From the human T2T-CHM13v2.0 reference genome, Homo sapiens, in NCBI RefSeq assembly GCF_009914755.1, contig NC_060947.1: a stretch of DNA of 64,000 nucleotides; one strand, given 5' to 3'. This document shows positions 29,501 to 44,020 of the stretch, one piece after another. Both the position numbers and the translations under genes were made by a program. Under the pieces are notes generated by a model, which saw nothing but the letters and a program-made list of their open reading frames with translations, had not been told where the DNA came from and did not search any database. Each line of letters starts with the position of its first letter. Position 1 is the first letter of the stretch.

Positions 29501-30203
29501 ATTATGAGCCTCTACAAGGGCTAAATTATCTACGTATTTAAACTCTTGAAGGAAAGACAACTGACTGAAGAGTTGAATAGGTAAGTGACGAATGTGTCAG
29601 CTTGAAAAGTTCCAGGAAAGTGTCATCCTTCTAAAAGCCTGCTCTCTGGGGAATGAAAAATCTTAAAGTGACAAAATGGCTTGGCACTGTCAGTTGCCTT
29701 AAAAAAAACCTGGGACAAAAATCAAGTAGTCAAATTTAGGATTTATGGTAGATAGTTTTAGTATATAAATTGAGTATACTAGTTTAGTGTTAAGTCCTGA
29801 AAGGGTTGGGAGGAGCGTCTATTCTAACAATAGCACATGTGGAATTATCCTAGGCTTACATATAGAAATCGTTTATTGATTAACTCCAATTTTTTAAAAA
29901 TGAAAGGGCCATTGTTGTGGAGAATAAATTGGTACATTTGAGTGCCAAGAAGCCAGCAAGACACTGCTGCAAATGTGGAGTGAAAGAATAATGAGTCCGA
30001 AGGGTCCCTTGAGATGTCATCAGCTCTTCTTTTTCTCAGGGTAGTCCCTGAAAGGTAAATGGTGCAGCTCCTTTTTGAGACCTCCATTGTCTCCCAGAAC
30101 ACCAGGCAAATGGATTTATGATACATAGCATCCAACACTGAACAATGGCATAGACTGGGATAGACTTCTTACACTGAATTCCCAGAGGTACATGGCTATG
30201 GGT

Positions 30204-30209
30204 TTTAAT
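30204..30209 (-). terminator. Candidate polyadenylation signal ATTAAA
   Basis: TTTAAT on +. A TGTA (CFIm) motif lies just upstream on the minus strand and GT-rich sequence lies downstream. Alternatives: ATTAAA 30997-30992 and AATAAA 29877-29872. Confidence 0.55.
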
Positions 30210-30521
30210 CAAATGTACACTACATGACAAGAGTTCTGCTGAAGAAAAATAAAAATAGAACTAGAAAAATGCAGGGGAAAAATGTTGTAGTTTCTGAATA
30301 TTTAAACCTCTAGGGTGGGGCGCGTGGGATGTGTGTGTAAAACAAACCAAAAAAAAAACAAAAATCTCAAAATCTTCAGCTTTCACATTTGTAAATATTT
30401 TAGACATAATAAAGTTTTGGTCAAACTATAATTATACACACATGCATATATTCCTAAGCTAACAAGCTGACTTTAGATAGAAAAAAGGGCATTACAAATA
30501 TAAATACTGCATATGTTTCCA

Positions 30522-30563
30522 GTGTGTGTGCACGTGCGTGTGTGTGTGTGTGTGTGTGTGTGT
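30522..30563. repeat. (TG)n microsatellite in the EFHC2 3' UTR, read as (CA)n in the mRNA
   Basis: gtgtgtgtgcacgtgcgtgtgtg... Confidence 0.95.
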
Positions 30564-31101
30564 TGGAGGTTCTTTTTCTTCCCATAGCTTTACTAAGTTC
30601 AAAAGATAAATATATTTACTCTAGAGAGGTTTAAGAATTATTTTGATGAGGTGGGTTGCTACAAAACTTAATTATGTAAGTAATAAACGTGTCAAAAAGG
30701 TTTCAAAAATGTTTAATAGAATCACAACTTATTGCTGTGATATAATTTGATTTTGTATTGTCATGTATAACCTTCAAAAGTCATTTTCTGTTCATATAGT
30801 AATGAATCAAATTATGTTGGATCAAAAATTATCAGAAGATTTTTTGGTATTAATAAACCATACATATAATAAAAATATTCAACATGTTTTAAGATGGCAT
30901 TTTAAATAGTAACAGTACGTCGGCAATGTAACATGATGTTCTGTAAAACTAACATGACAAAATAGGATTAATTGTGGTTTATGGATTTCCATTTAATATA
31001 AACCTTGTTTCTTTTTTGTTTTTAATGAAATTATATCTACTAAAGTAAATGTGGCAAAATGAGAGAAGTAAATCATAGAGAATTGACCAAAACTGGCATG
31101 G

Positions 31102-31203
31102 TTATTCCTCCTCTAAGCCAAACGCGTCCTTCAAAAAGGTCCAGTAGTCAATGTATTTCGCAGGAATAGGTGATGGCATACCAAGCCAAACATCTTCACA
31201 TCT
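31102..31203 (-). CDS. EFHC2: EFHC2 terminal exon, coding part with stop
   Basis: Acceptor ggtttttttctag|AGA. Encodes RCEDVWLGMPSPIPAKYIDYWTFLKDAFGLEEE then TAA at 31104-31102. Phase 0 matches the upstream exon. Confidence 0.93.
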   Translation of the reverse strand, partial: RCEDVWLGMPSPIPAKYIDYWTFLKDAFGLEEE

Positions 31204-31329
31204 CTAGAAAAAAACCAAAAATGGATATGATTAGAACCACATTTCAAAGTACAGTTTTGAAAATTCAACACCAGTTTATTTGCAAAGTGAAAATTTCTAC
31301 CATCTACTTTAGGTTCATAAGGACTTTGT

Positions 31330-31785
31330 GGTCTACTGGATACTTGTTCTTGATTCTTCATTCCCTCCCTGTATAAGAATTATGTGCCCACACTCTTTGT
31401 CATATGACTCTGTAGAACCTCCTGTGGAGTAAGAAGGGTATATTTTCCTGTTCCTTTGATATGGGGTTGGCCACATGACTGGCTTTGACCTATGTACTAT
31501 TAGCAGACATATCATGGACAGAGGCTCTAGCGTGCTGGCATCATTTGGCTTGGCCTTCTGTGCCTCTGCCATCACCATGAAAAGAACATGGCCCAGGATG
31601 CTGCTGTTCTTAGAATGACCAAGGTGGATCAGACCAGGCTGGACTTGCGGACTAAGAGCCAAGCTTAGCTGAATCCAGCCATGCTTCACTGACCTACATG
31701 CCCATAGACAAGAAAAAGAAATGTGTCTTGTTGTGAACCATTGAAATTTAAGGAGTTGTTATGCAGCATGAATACGCTGATAGAT
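31330..31785 (+). mobile_element. Old MLT1 MaLR LTR
   Basis: ggggttggccacatgactggctttgacc...cttgttgtgaaccattgaaatttaaggagttgttatgcagca. Confidence 0.65.
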
Positions 31786-31803
31786 CCTCCTATACTTTCT
31801 TAA

Positions 31804-32118
<315 letters not shown>

Positions 32119-33087
32119 AAAGAACCCAATTTTTAAAATACAAACTGGTATCTATACTGGCTGATTGGTTACTGTTTCTTCAGTAAACAATGAAAAGAAC
32201 ACTGGATCACTCACAGTATGATCTTGCAGATAAGCCACTTTATTTGTGTGTGTGTGTGTACACATATACACACACAGATGCACATTTTATATAATACATA
32301 AATACGTGTATATACACACACACAAACTTTTTGCATATGCCTCAATGGTTAATTAATATCAACAGGAGGCAAAGTTCATACATATGGTTGCTTATATTTC
32401 TACTTTCAAGGTTAAAATATGACTGTCAAGGTTAATTGTTGTATATAAGAGGTTCTATATCTTTACTAGTGTTACATTAGTATCCAGAATCACAAGGTGT
32501 CACAGAAACATAGGTAAAGGCTCAATAATTTGATGTGATGGAATTTTGGAAGCAAGCTGAATAAGTGGTGATTCAGTTGCACCTTATGGGATGAAAAACA
32601 GTTCAGCAGAGGGTTTAGGGTTGTGAAGGGTATTCCAGGCATAGGGACCAGCGTAAGCAAAGGCCTGGAGATCTAAAATCTATTTTCAAGAAAGGGTGAG
32701 TAGCCCAGTGTGGTTTGCGGCACATGGTGCAAAGTGGCAAGAGAGATGGTTAGAAGGAGAAGCTGGGGCCAAACTTCTGGCCTTCTGTGCTAGTTTATAC
32801 TTGAGGCTGTGGTTAGGGGAAGTCACTGGTAGGTCTTGGCCAGGGAAATGACAGAAATCTGATTAGAAACTGATTAGCTAACTTGCTGGATGTACAGAGA
32901 ATGACATGAAGTAAGAAAATCAATCTGGAGGTGAGTACTATAATACCGCAGAAAAATGACTGTGCCATAACCAGGGTGGCTGAAGCGGGCATGGAGGACA
33001 GGAGCTACTCTGAGAGATGCTGCTGCAGGAGAACATGAAATAGCTAGAAGGGGATCAACTTGAAATGGTGACAAAAGAAAGGTGTAG

Positions 33088-33566
33088 TGCTATGGGTTGA
33101 GTTGTGTCCTCATGCAAAAGAGTTATGTGAAGTCCTAATCCCTAGTACCTCAGAATGTGACCTTGTTTGGAAATAGGGTTTTTGCAGATGTAATTAGGTA
33201 AATTAAGATGAGCAAAATGAGATCATACCGGAGTAGGGTGGGCCCCTAATCCAATATGACTGGCCTCCCTATAAAAAGACAGCCAGGTAAAGACAGAGAC
33301 ACACAGGGGGAACACCAGGTGACCATAGAGGCAGAGATTAGAGGTTTGCAGCTGCAAACCAAGGAACGCCAAAGATTGCCAGAAAACCATCAAAGTCTAG
33401 GAAGAGGCAGGGAAGGATTCCCACACAGGTTTCAGAGAAAGTATGGCCCTGCTGACACCTAGATTTTGAACTGCTAGCCTCCAGAACTGTGGAAGAATAA
33501 ATTTCTATTGTTTTAAGCAACTCAGTCTGTGGTACTTTGTGAGGGCATCACTAGGAAACTAATACA
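33088..33566 (+). mobile_element. MLT1C-like MaLR LTR
   Basis: tacctcagaatgtgaccttgtttggaaataggg...cctccagaactgtggaagaataaatttc...ctaggaaactaataca. Confidence 0.85.
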
Positions 33567-33615
33567 GGTAAGGATGGTTCTAAGAATTCTAAATTCAGTA
33601 ATAGTTGACAGTGTC

Positions 33616-34062
33616 TGTTATTAGTTTCCTGGGGCTGCCGTAACAAAGTACCACAAAGTAAGTGGCTTAAAGCAACAGAAACTTATTCTTTCACAGTTCA
33701 GAAGGCCAGAAGTCCAAAACCAAGGTGTTGGCAGCGTTGGATCTTTCTGGAGGCTCTAAGGAAGAATTTATTCCATGCCTCTCTCCTGGCTTCTGGTGGT
33801 GGCTGGCAGTCATTCCTTGGCTTGTAAGCACATCACTCCAACGTCTGCCTCCAACTTCACATGGTGTTCTCTGTGTATACCAATATGTCTTCACGCAGCT
33901 TTCTTATAAAGTCACCAATCAATGCATTTAGGGTCCACTCTAATCCAGCATAACTTCATTTTAATTAATTATATCTGCAAAGATTATTTCCAAATAAGGT
34001 CACATTCTGAGGTTTAGGGTAGACATGAGTTTTGGAGGGGACAATATTCAATCCGGTGTTAT
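33616..34062 (-). mobile_element. MLT1C-like MaLR LTR
   Basis: tattagtttcctggggctgccgtaacaaagtaccaca...tttccaaataaggtcacattctgagg. Confidence 0.85.
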
Positions 34063-34434
34063 ATCATAAGGAAAGCAGGAAAAGTTGAAAAACATTTTTT
34101 AGTAGGAAAACAAGGCTCAGAGGGAAATTCTAAGTTCAACTGTGGGCATTTTTTCTTTCAGGTGTCCATGGGACATCAAGGTGAAGATTCTGGTAAACAT
34201 CTGTAAATACGGTTCTATATAGCACAGAGCTAGAATCCAGAACTGTGCAAAGATATAGAAGTCACTGAAATATGAGTCATATATGAAATATAACATTGTC
34301 ATAGAATCAGAAGAGAACTAAGTACCAGCATCTCTAATTCAGGTGTAAAACCTTAATTTCAGAGATGATTTATGATGATGATAAACTAGTTGCAGATTTG
34401 TGCAGGGTTATAGATAGGAATCTTGTAATTACCT

Positions 34435-34700
34435 AGTAGTAATAGGAATAACAATAAATTTATTGGATATTTACTACATGGCTGATACTCTTTTAAGTGT
34501 TTTACATGTATTAAGTTATTTAATCATCACAGAAACCCCTTACGAGATAAGTATTATGATGATAATCTATTTACAGAAAAAGAAACTGAGACACAGAAGG
34601 ATTAAATAGATTGTCTCAAGTCAAACCTCCAGTCAGTGGAGAAGCCTGGATTATAATAACCTGGGCAGTGGAGCTGCGGAACTATGCTCGTCTGCGGGGC
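34435..34700 (-). mobile_element. MIR
   Basis: atttaatcatcacag...tttacagaaaaagaaactgagacacaga. Confidence 0.7.
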
Positions 34701-35029
34701 TACCCTCCAGAGCTGACAAGGATCTATTCAGAAGCAGCTGGCTTTCGTCCTACATAGCTACATTTGGTCCTCACACTTCCAACAAGAAAAGTTAAGTAGA
34801 AAACAAGGCAGTTCTTGAAGCGACACTACTCTTCTCTCTCAAGGATGCTGCCTCTCAGAAGTTGAGCCCAAACCACCAACTGGCAGTATGAAGAGGGAAA
34901 TCACCATTCAGACGGCTGATGGCTAAACCCACTCCTAAGGGGTGTTTTGTGCAACTCATACCACATGGAACTTGGTAAAACAAAGTTGCTACTTTACTAC
35001 TTACTACTTACACCAAAAAGTAGTAAACC

Positions 35030-35032
<3 letters not shown>

Positions 35033-35063
<31 letters not shown>
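35033..35063. repeat. (CA)n microsatellite
   Basis: Visible directly. Confidence 0.95.
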
Positions 35064-35066
<3 letters not shown>

Positions 35067-36399
35067 CAATATATTTTAATCAATGAAGGCTAAGATCAAT
35101 AGTCATTCAACTCCACTATTTAACATGTCCTCAAAAATTTCATTACAAAACTTACAGCAATATTTGCTCTTAAGTGATGTTTGTAAATTTAATCTCATTA
35201 TAGAGAAACAGTACAAATATATGCCTTCAAAAATCACCATCCTCTAATAGGTCTTCCAAATAAAAGTTTTCAACACAGAAATAATGCATTATGTAACTCA
35301 TATAAATATGATGAAATTATTCGGGGACTGGATCCTCTTATGAAACAGGTCAGGACTAGAAGATTCTGCCTCATGGCTTATGAGTCAGCAAAAGTGGTTT
35401 TGTTTTTGTATTTTTTGAGCAAGGAATTGTGATTTAAATGCTGACAATACAGAGAAAATAATAGAACTTAAAATGCAATCTTGACAACTCAAGAATCTGG
35501 AGATGAGATCAAATTTGTTAGCAACTTGGGCACAAGGAAACTCAAGTAAATATTCATGAGATTTGGAATTAAGGATAATTTAAGATGAAAAGATAACAGC
35601 AGTCCATTTCTTTAAATCCTGACCACTTTAAACCCCATGGCTCTCACAAAGCTCTCCTAACTATGCCGGCCCCATTGTGCTCTTTCTTTCGAATCAATAC
35701 CACTTCCCTTGATTATTTTTCCTTTTGTCACTCTTCCTTAGGTTCCAGATGGGAATGACTTTCTGTCCAAATACTTCATAAATGCCACAAGCACATTAAC
35801 AGTGCTGTGGGTCCATCTATTGCCAACCCCCAATTTCAGGGAGATTATCACACCTATTGGCTTACAATTGACTAATGGAATCAAATTTGGGACCAAAGGA
35901 AGGTTAGGAAACAGGGGAGGTTTCCAAGGCTCAGGGGATGGGGTGAGGGGCATCAATTAAGTAGAGGGAAAGGCACTTTCTTCATAATTTTGTCTATAAT
36001 CGGATTTACTTAAGGAATCTCATGGCCAGCCCCTTGGTAAAATGAAGACATTTTTGGCAACATAAGAAATCCACATATTACCACTGCCTAATTGTACTTC
36101 CTAATAAATCTGCAAATGTTCCAAATATTATAGAATCTTTATGAAAATCTGGGCAGTGAGTTAAAATACTGTCTTCATTGACTTTTTATTAATCCTACAC
36201 TATGCAATGCAAAGCAAACTCATATCATATGGCTTTCCCAGCAATGCATATCAATTTTAAGTGGGAATAACTGCGTGGTACTTTTACAACAGGAGGAGTC
36301 ATCCACAGAAGTTGATCCCACCCATTCCAGGTGAGAACAAGCTTACTTGTGTCTCTGTAAAACAGATTCTCCTGGCAGTGCAGGTTTGGAATTTGGGAT

Positions 36400-37212
<813 letters not shown>

Positions 37213-39671
37213 ATTCTATGCAATTTTGCATTTATCAAAATTAAGAATATGTTTAAGAAAGCCACAGCACAGCTTGAAACAAAGCAACTTCCTGGCAAAC
37301 TGGATGGATCCAGAGTCTCCAAGTCACTTCCAGATAACTCAAAAGACAGCACCCAAATCTCAGAAGAAAACTTGATGTAATCTGGAGCATAAACAATACA
37401 TGCCACATAGTGTTTTCTGGAAGAAGGAAGAACTATGAAATGCAGAGTGAAATTCAATGATACAAAAATCATGATTCTAAAATGTCTGGGAATCATTGTC
37501 TCCAAGAAGGCCCTATGACATCTTCCAAGCTGGCTGTCACTCGAGGCACTTAAGATGTCAAACCAGTTGGCAATAAATTACTCGTTCATCAGTGGTGAAA
37601 AAATGTAGCTGCCGATCTGTAAAATCGCACACCCTTGAAATGGGAAGCAAAGATGGCACTGGATGAAAACCCAGTAAACAGCAGCTGCCCAGTGAGAACA
37701 GCAAAGCTGTGTGTGAGCTAATGGGCCCTAGATTTATTTGCTTTGACATTTTTAAAAGGAAATTTAATTGGATTATGTCTCCTTCTAGTTTAAAATTTTC
37801 TGCTGTAATACTGGCCACCAGATGCATGAGGGGAAAAGATCGGGAGCCAATTAAATTCCATGCTTCACTGAAATAAGGTTATTTTTATTCCTCCCAAATG
37901 CAAGGCAGATAGAGTCATGTTGGTGATTTCACCATGTTACTCCCCTCTATTCACTAGGAAAAGGATGTTTCTATGAGAAATATCTATACATTTATGGAAA
38001 AGGCCAGTGGTGTGTATAGTATTAAAATTGTGTTTTTCTCAGATTTTCTCCCTTCAAATAAAGTTAACATGGCTTTGGAAATAATCTAATTAGTTTGACA
38101 AAATCATAAAAGCAATTAAATTTTAAGCAAATCAAATTGAAATAAATTTGGGGAAGAGGATTTTGCGAATATTTCTTGAGATAATCAAGAGCGTTCTGAT
38201 AACATAAGGAAAAGCTCATATATAAAACCAGAAGATTAGCTTATATTTCTATACATTTCTGACTTTACAGCAATGCCAATATTTCATGATTGTCTCCCCT
38301 TTCCCTAGACAAAGCTTCAACAGAGTTGTCATCTATGTGTGAGTTGTAGCTAAAAGACAGGCGTAGTTTCTAAACAAAACCTTTCCTTGGAAGTGCAATG
38401 CAGGGCAAGTAAAGTTTTCAGGGAGATGTGGATTTTTGAGCTTCAGTGATAGGCTTATGTGTACAATTCAAGTGGACATAACCCGATGCTATAGATGAAA
38501 GTGGATTCCAGGAGTATCATTTCCTACTAGGTTATTGCTCTGTGTTAGGTCACCAGTATGTGTTTGCCAGTTATTTTTTAAGTCTAAGAGGAATGGTTAA
38601 CAACCTTTTATTTCGACTGTTATATTCAACCACAAATATTAGAAATAACTTTACTTATTTAAAAAATTGGCACCAGCCCCTGACTATACAATCCTTACCA
38701 TTAGGAATATCTCCGAGCCTCAGCTTCCTGTCTATAAATTGGGGATAATACTTATTCTTGCAAGATTGTTGGGACAACAAAATGTCACAGGTTATTCCAT
38801 GCTCTAAATACCAAAAGGAGAGTCTCAACAAGGCGGGTGTCCAAAGATGTTTCCCAAGGTGTACCCAACTGCCCCCTACTTCCTGATGCCAAGGCCGTAT
38901 ATCATCCTATTGTGAAAGAGAGTGCTTTAGAGCTGACTGCTAATGCTTCTGCAGTTACGATGTTCATAAAATGAAGCCACATCCAATTTTTCTCAGAAAT
39001 GTCAAAAGATAAGACGCCAGTCACACAGTGTAAGTTATAAAGTTTATATGAGAACCGATTTAGTGTTATTTTTTAAAACGTGACTTCTGAGATTAACCAG
39101 ACAGGCTCTAAACAGTGGGACCTATTCTGCCAGTTTTACAGCTACCATCTGTGAGCAAACACAATAGAATGGAAATGGGGTCTCCAGGCCATGACAGTGC
39201 CAGGGCAACATGCTGAGACCATAGATAGTCACATAATGGAGTGAGAGTTAAATTACAGCCCCATGGCTCACCATGGGCTGCTGATGGGCCAGGCAGAGGG
39301 ATAACCAAGGGAGTCCAATGAGAATCCAGGCTACAGGCCATTGGCTACAGGCCATAGCCGACAGTCATGATGGATGATGGCTTACATCCAACCATGTAGG
39401 AAAAACCTGTCACCAAAGGACAGTAGGACTAATCAAAGCTAGACTAGCTATACTATAGTACTCTTTAAATTCTCCTTGTTTGTTGTTGACCCCTATTCTT
39501 ACTAGCTGAGGCCACCTAACTAGCACATGTAGGGGAGCCACCTCTGAGTCCAGGAAACTGGTCCTCAAATCCAGCAGACCAAGCCCCAGAAGCAGTTAGT
39601 GTAGACCTAGCTTTTATCCTGGCTGTGGGGCTTGTTCTGAGCTCAAGGCTTTATTCTGGTAACAAATAGAT

Positions 39672-40168
39672 TGTGCTGGGTCAGTCTCCATTTGCCCCTC
39701 AAGATCCATTCTTTGCCCTTTTCACTCTGCTTTCTGCCCTGGGAGACTGACTCTGTGGATTGCATCACTCCTCAAGCTTCCTTGCTCTCTGGCTTCTGGG
39801 TGGGTTCAGCCAATGTGAAGCAGCATCAGGAGATCAGAAAACAGGAGAAGCAAGAGGTCAGAGTATGGATTTCACTTCCCTTCATCCTGTTCCCTCCCTG
39901 CCAGGCCATGGTTTGGGAGTGGCTATAGTGGCTACACTACTCTACCTGCTGCTATAGTTCCAGCTCCTCTGCTGGGCTCCAATAACACCAGTCCCCCAGT
40001 CCCTCCCTGCTTCTCCCGTTATTGCCAGTCCCTGAGTGCTCCACCCCCCTCCCCGCCCCGCTTGGTTCCCTTAACCCTACCCACCCCGTCAACAGTCCCT
40101 TTATCAAATCCATCTCCAGGATCCCTTTGAGTATGCTGTGTATTTCCAGCTATAACCTCACGGGTATA
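39672..40168 (+). mobile_element. LTR33-like ERVL LTR
   Basis: tgcccctcaagatccattct...ctctggcttctgggtgggttcagccaatg...caggagatcag. Confidence 0.65.
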
Positions 40169-41185
40169 GGGGCTTAGCCAGCTCTGTCCCCTTGGCAGGG
40201 TGAAAGCTTGGTCTGAGCCTGCTGAGTGGCTCCCTCTGATTGCCGAATGGTGCTAACTTCAAGATTCCCCATCACTATGCTCACTGTTTTGGAGGGATGC
40301 CCTGCTAGAACTCCCTTCCAATCTCAAGTCTTGTGGACCAGACCACACCCCTACTCAGCCTGTGGTTGGCTGAAGCCTGTGGTCTTGTTCCTGGTTTCTG
40401 ACCTCTCCCTTCTCACCCCATGATGGTTAGTCACACTAGACTGGGAAGGTGTCCCAAATTTCCACCCATAACATCCATCCTATCCATTCACGCTGATGCA
40501 GACAGAATTAGAGTTGAATCTAGTACTGAAGCCTACTCAGCTTTCATCAGCCAATAAGTTTTTTTTATTTCTAAGGAAGATTCCCAGTGCAGAAATGAGA
40601 TCCTGCTGATGACAATATGCAGCCCAGGAGTAAAAATATCCACGTTCCAGGTGGTGGCCTGTCCTGGTAACTTCTACAGAGCTCTTCATAACACCTCTGA
40701 AACTTTAACCCAAGCCAGCCTGTCCGGCTCATATACTGGAGGAAGGGTGCAGCTTCCCAACCCTGGGGCCTCCATCTAAGCTTTGCTTCCACACGGGAGC
40801 TCAGCCTGCCATTCCTTCTTCTCAAAAGACCTCTGGTCTCATCACTTCACACTCAGGGCTGGGGTGCCTTCACAACCTGATGGATCTTACCCTGAAGCCC
40901 TACATGTGACTGGCTGGCTATGGAAGACTCCCCAAACGTTGGCAATCCCCAAAGTCATAACTGGGAGGTTTTCTCTGCCCAGTTGCACCCCCGGGACCTA
41001 CACATCTGGTCTGACTCCACCATGGCCTCTTATGGCATAACCACTCTCCTCTCAGTTCCCTACCATGAATAGAAGATCAGGAAATAACCAAGGAACAAGC
41101 TGGGGAGGAGGCTGTCACACTGCTAGGCTCTCAGTTGATACCAAGAACAGTCAACAGGGGCTTCAAGAGTAGTTGGTTGCCAAGC

Positions 41186-41575
41186 TGTGATATACTACCC
41201 AGAATCCCCTTGAGGAGGGATTTGGTGGCCCAGCTGCTGGGAGTCCCCTTCCTGGATTTCCTGAGCTACAAACATGTCTTGGCTACAAAGAGCCACGCTG
41301 CACAAAGTCATATCTCTTCTTGAACCAACCCACCAGGACAAAGGCCAGGCCATTCTGGCCCAACTCAGGACAACGCTGAAAAGACATGCTAACTCCAGAG
41401 CTCCCTATGGGTTGGCCAAGGATATCTTTGGGCTTCCATCACAGTTCGACTTCTCCCTCTGCCCATTCTTCTTTTTTTCCCCCACCTTCCATGGGAGTTG
41501 ATCCCAAGGACACTCCCAAAAAAACATCCTGCACATTAGACTCCATCTGCTTCCTGGAGAACCCCACCTGTGACA
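41186..41575 (+). mobile_element. ERVL-type LTR (subfamily uncertain)
   Basis: 3' end gttgatcccaaggacactccc...catcctgcac...ctgcttcctggagaaccccacctgtgaca. Confidence 0.55.
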
Positions 41576-42184
41576 AACTCTGACCCAGCAGTGTTTCAGG
41601 GCATTATTCAACATTATTAATAACATTTGAGCACACTTACATGGGTCAGTAGATATTATACTTTTTGCTCCTGTATTCTACTGTATAAACTATTCAACAT
41701 TGTGCTCAACCCCTTCATGCTAAATATTTTCACATGAGATTACAGACTCACTGGTAACATTCCCAAGGTATTTTATGTCTTCTTTATGAAATAATAACAA
41801 GCTTATCAGTACCAGAGTGCTTCGAACTCTTTGGAATCTAGTTAAATTCTCATTATTGGTGAAATTGATCAGGTACCATTTTATATCTATTTTCTTTTCT
41901 TTTTAATTGGCTGAAAAAGAATAGTCCTTTCTGAATGCCTCCTGCAGACTGAAATATTTCTAGGCTTTATCAGCAGAAATGATGAGGCCCTATGAGTAAA
42001 TTTCTCACCGTAAATGAATCGCAATTAGAAGAACCTAGTGCTGAAGCACAGCTGTTTCTGATGTGACATTCCTGGCCTAGAACCATTCTCTTGCCATTAA
42101 AGAATAGAATCTCCCATCTTAACCTTGGCAGGGACTGCCCAGCCCCCTGACTTGAGGAAAGTAAGACATCTCAATTTTACAGAA

Positions 42185-42425
42185 AATAATAGCATCTAAC
42201 ACTTAAGCCCTTACTATGGGAGAGGTATTGTGGTAAGTGACTTGTGTATATTGACTTCCTTAATCCTCACAACCCTAATGGAAGAACTATTCTTATCACC
42301 ATTTTTGAGATGGGAAAACCTGAAAGGTTGAGTGCTTTGTAAAAAGTCACCCAGTTAGTTGATCGTAGAGCTAAGGATTTGAACTAGGGTCCCTGTGATT
42401 GGAGACCTTCTGTTCCACATTGCCT
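42185..42425 (-). mobile_element. MIR
   Basis: ttaatcctcacaaccc...aagtcacccagttagt...ggatttgaac. Confidence 0.7.
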
Positions 42426-42946
42426 CTCAAAAGCATCTGAGGTCCACAGCTCGATACCTGTCCCAGTTGACAGAGTTGAAGTGATGAAACTGGGGAGGGG
42501 TGATTAAAGGCAGAGTGGATCTTTGGCCTTCCCATGCAGTGACTTCTCTTCTAGTGTGGATGGTGATCTTTTTGTGGGTCATGAAATCAATTTAATGGGT
42601 CACGAACAACATTCAAAAGAGAGGAGAAAAAGAGGTGGTGGGGAATGAGAAAAAGGAAAAGAAAAGAAAGGAAGAGAGAAATGAAAAAAGAAAATGTATC
42701 ATACTGCACCACATGTAGTCAGAACAATATTAATCCGTGAAATTTTTGTTCCATTATATATCTGCATACTGTGTTGTTATGAAAAAAAATCTTTCTTACT
42801 GTAGGTTGTAGTACAAAAAGATGACAGGATCTCATTCAAACTCAATAGTCATCAGGAAAATAAAAATTAAAGTAGTAAAATATGTTTTCAGAGGCAAAAT
42901 ATGTAAAAACAACCTGAATGCCTGTCAATAAAGAGCAGATTAATAG

Positions 42947-43263
<317 letters not shown>

Positions 43264-43517
43264 TCATACCACAGCTATTAAGAATGGCTTAGGTCTATAC
43301 ATATTAAACTAGGGAAATTTTCCACGATTAAGAAAGAAGAGCACACTCCAGATAAATGCATGTGGTATGATCTTATTTTCATACAATACATGAGGAAATG
43401 ATAAAACCCCCAACACAGAGGTAAACATTTGGGTGGTGGATTGAGTGGAATGGAAGAGGAAAGAGAGAAGTAGAAAGTAAGGAAAACAATGACAAAGGCT
43501 TATAGCAAAAATAGGTA

Positions 43518-44020
43518 TGTCCTGTATATTATTCAGGGGCTCATGGGAAATGGCAGACATATACAAACTGTGGAAATCGAGAAGAGTTTAATAAAGTGAC
43601 TAGTTACAAAGTTGTGGGAAGTGTTTAGAAAAACCAATAGGGGCTAGTCCCCTGGGTTTATAACAGCAGGGAGCCATTACTACCACCTGAGGCTGAAGGG
43701 GCACATGAGGGTGGTTACCAGCGCCTGGAGTGACCAGCCATATGCAAAGAGCCTCTAGACAAGTGCTGTGGACTTTGGAAGGAGGAGGCCGTCAATCTGC
43801 TGTGACTGGCAGGGAGGAAGAAGATTTCTCTCTCCTTTCACCCTCTACTCTCCTGCTGGTGCATCCCACTGGTCAACCCAACTGGAGGCCTAGGGGACCC
43901 ACTGATGTGCCTACAAAGGTCAGCTGCCAAGGACTGGCCTGGGCAGGGTCAGAGCACGGTAGAGGGCTCTGGAGAGCAGTGCTAAAGGGACACAGGGACA
44001 CAGTCAATATAGACTACTAG
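43518..44020 (-). mobile_element. ERVL LTR (LTR41-like)
   Basis: gagaagagtttaataaagtgactagttacaaag...cccactggtcaacccaactggaggcc. Confidence 0.5.

Larger units (their letters stand above)
30185..31101 (-). other. EFHC2: EFHC2 3' UTR (3' end approximate)
   Basis: AU-rich unique sequence after the stop codon. End inferred from the ATTAAA at 30209-30204. Confidence 0.65.

Noticed and set aside
31131-31376. Overlapping ORFs on both strands at the terminal exon
   Set aside because: They are in the wrong frame or antisense to the spliced EFHC2 frame, with no recognisable product.
34988-35030. TTTACTACT / AGTAGTAAA short inverted repeat
   Set aside because: Too short and AT-rich to distinguish from chance next to a microsatellite.
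39329-39356. GGCTACAGGCCAT tandem doublet
   Set aside because: Ordinary slippage duplication with no further structure.
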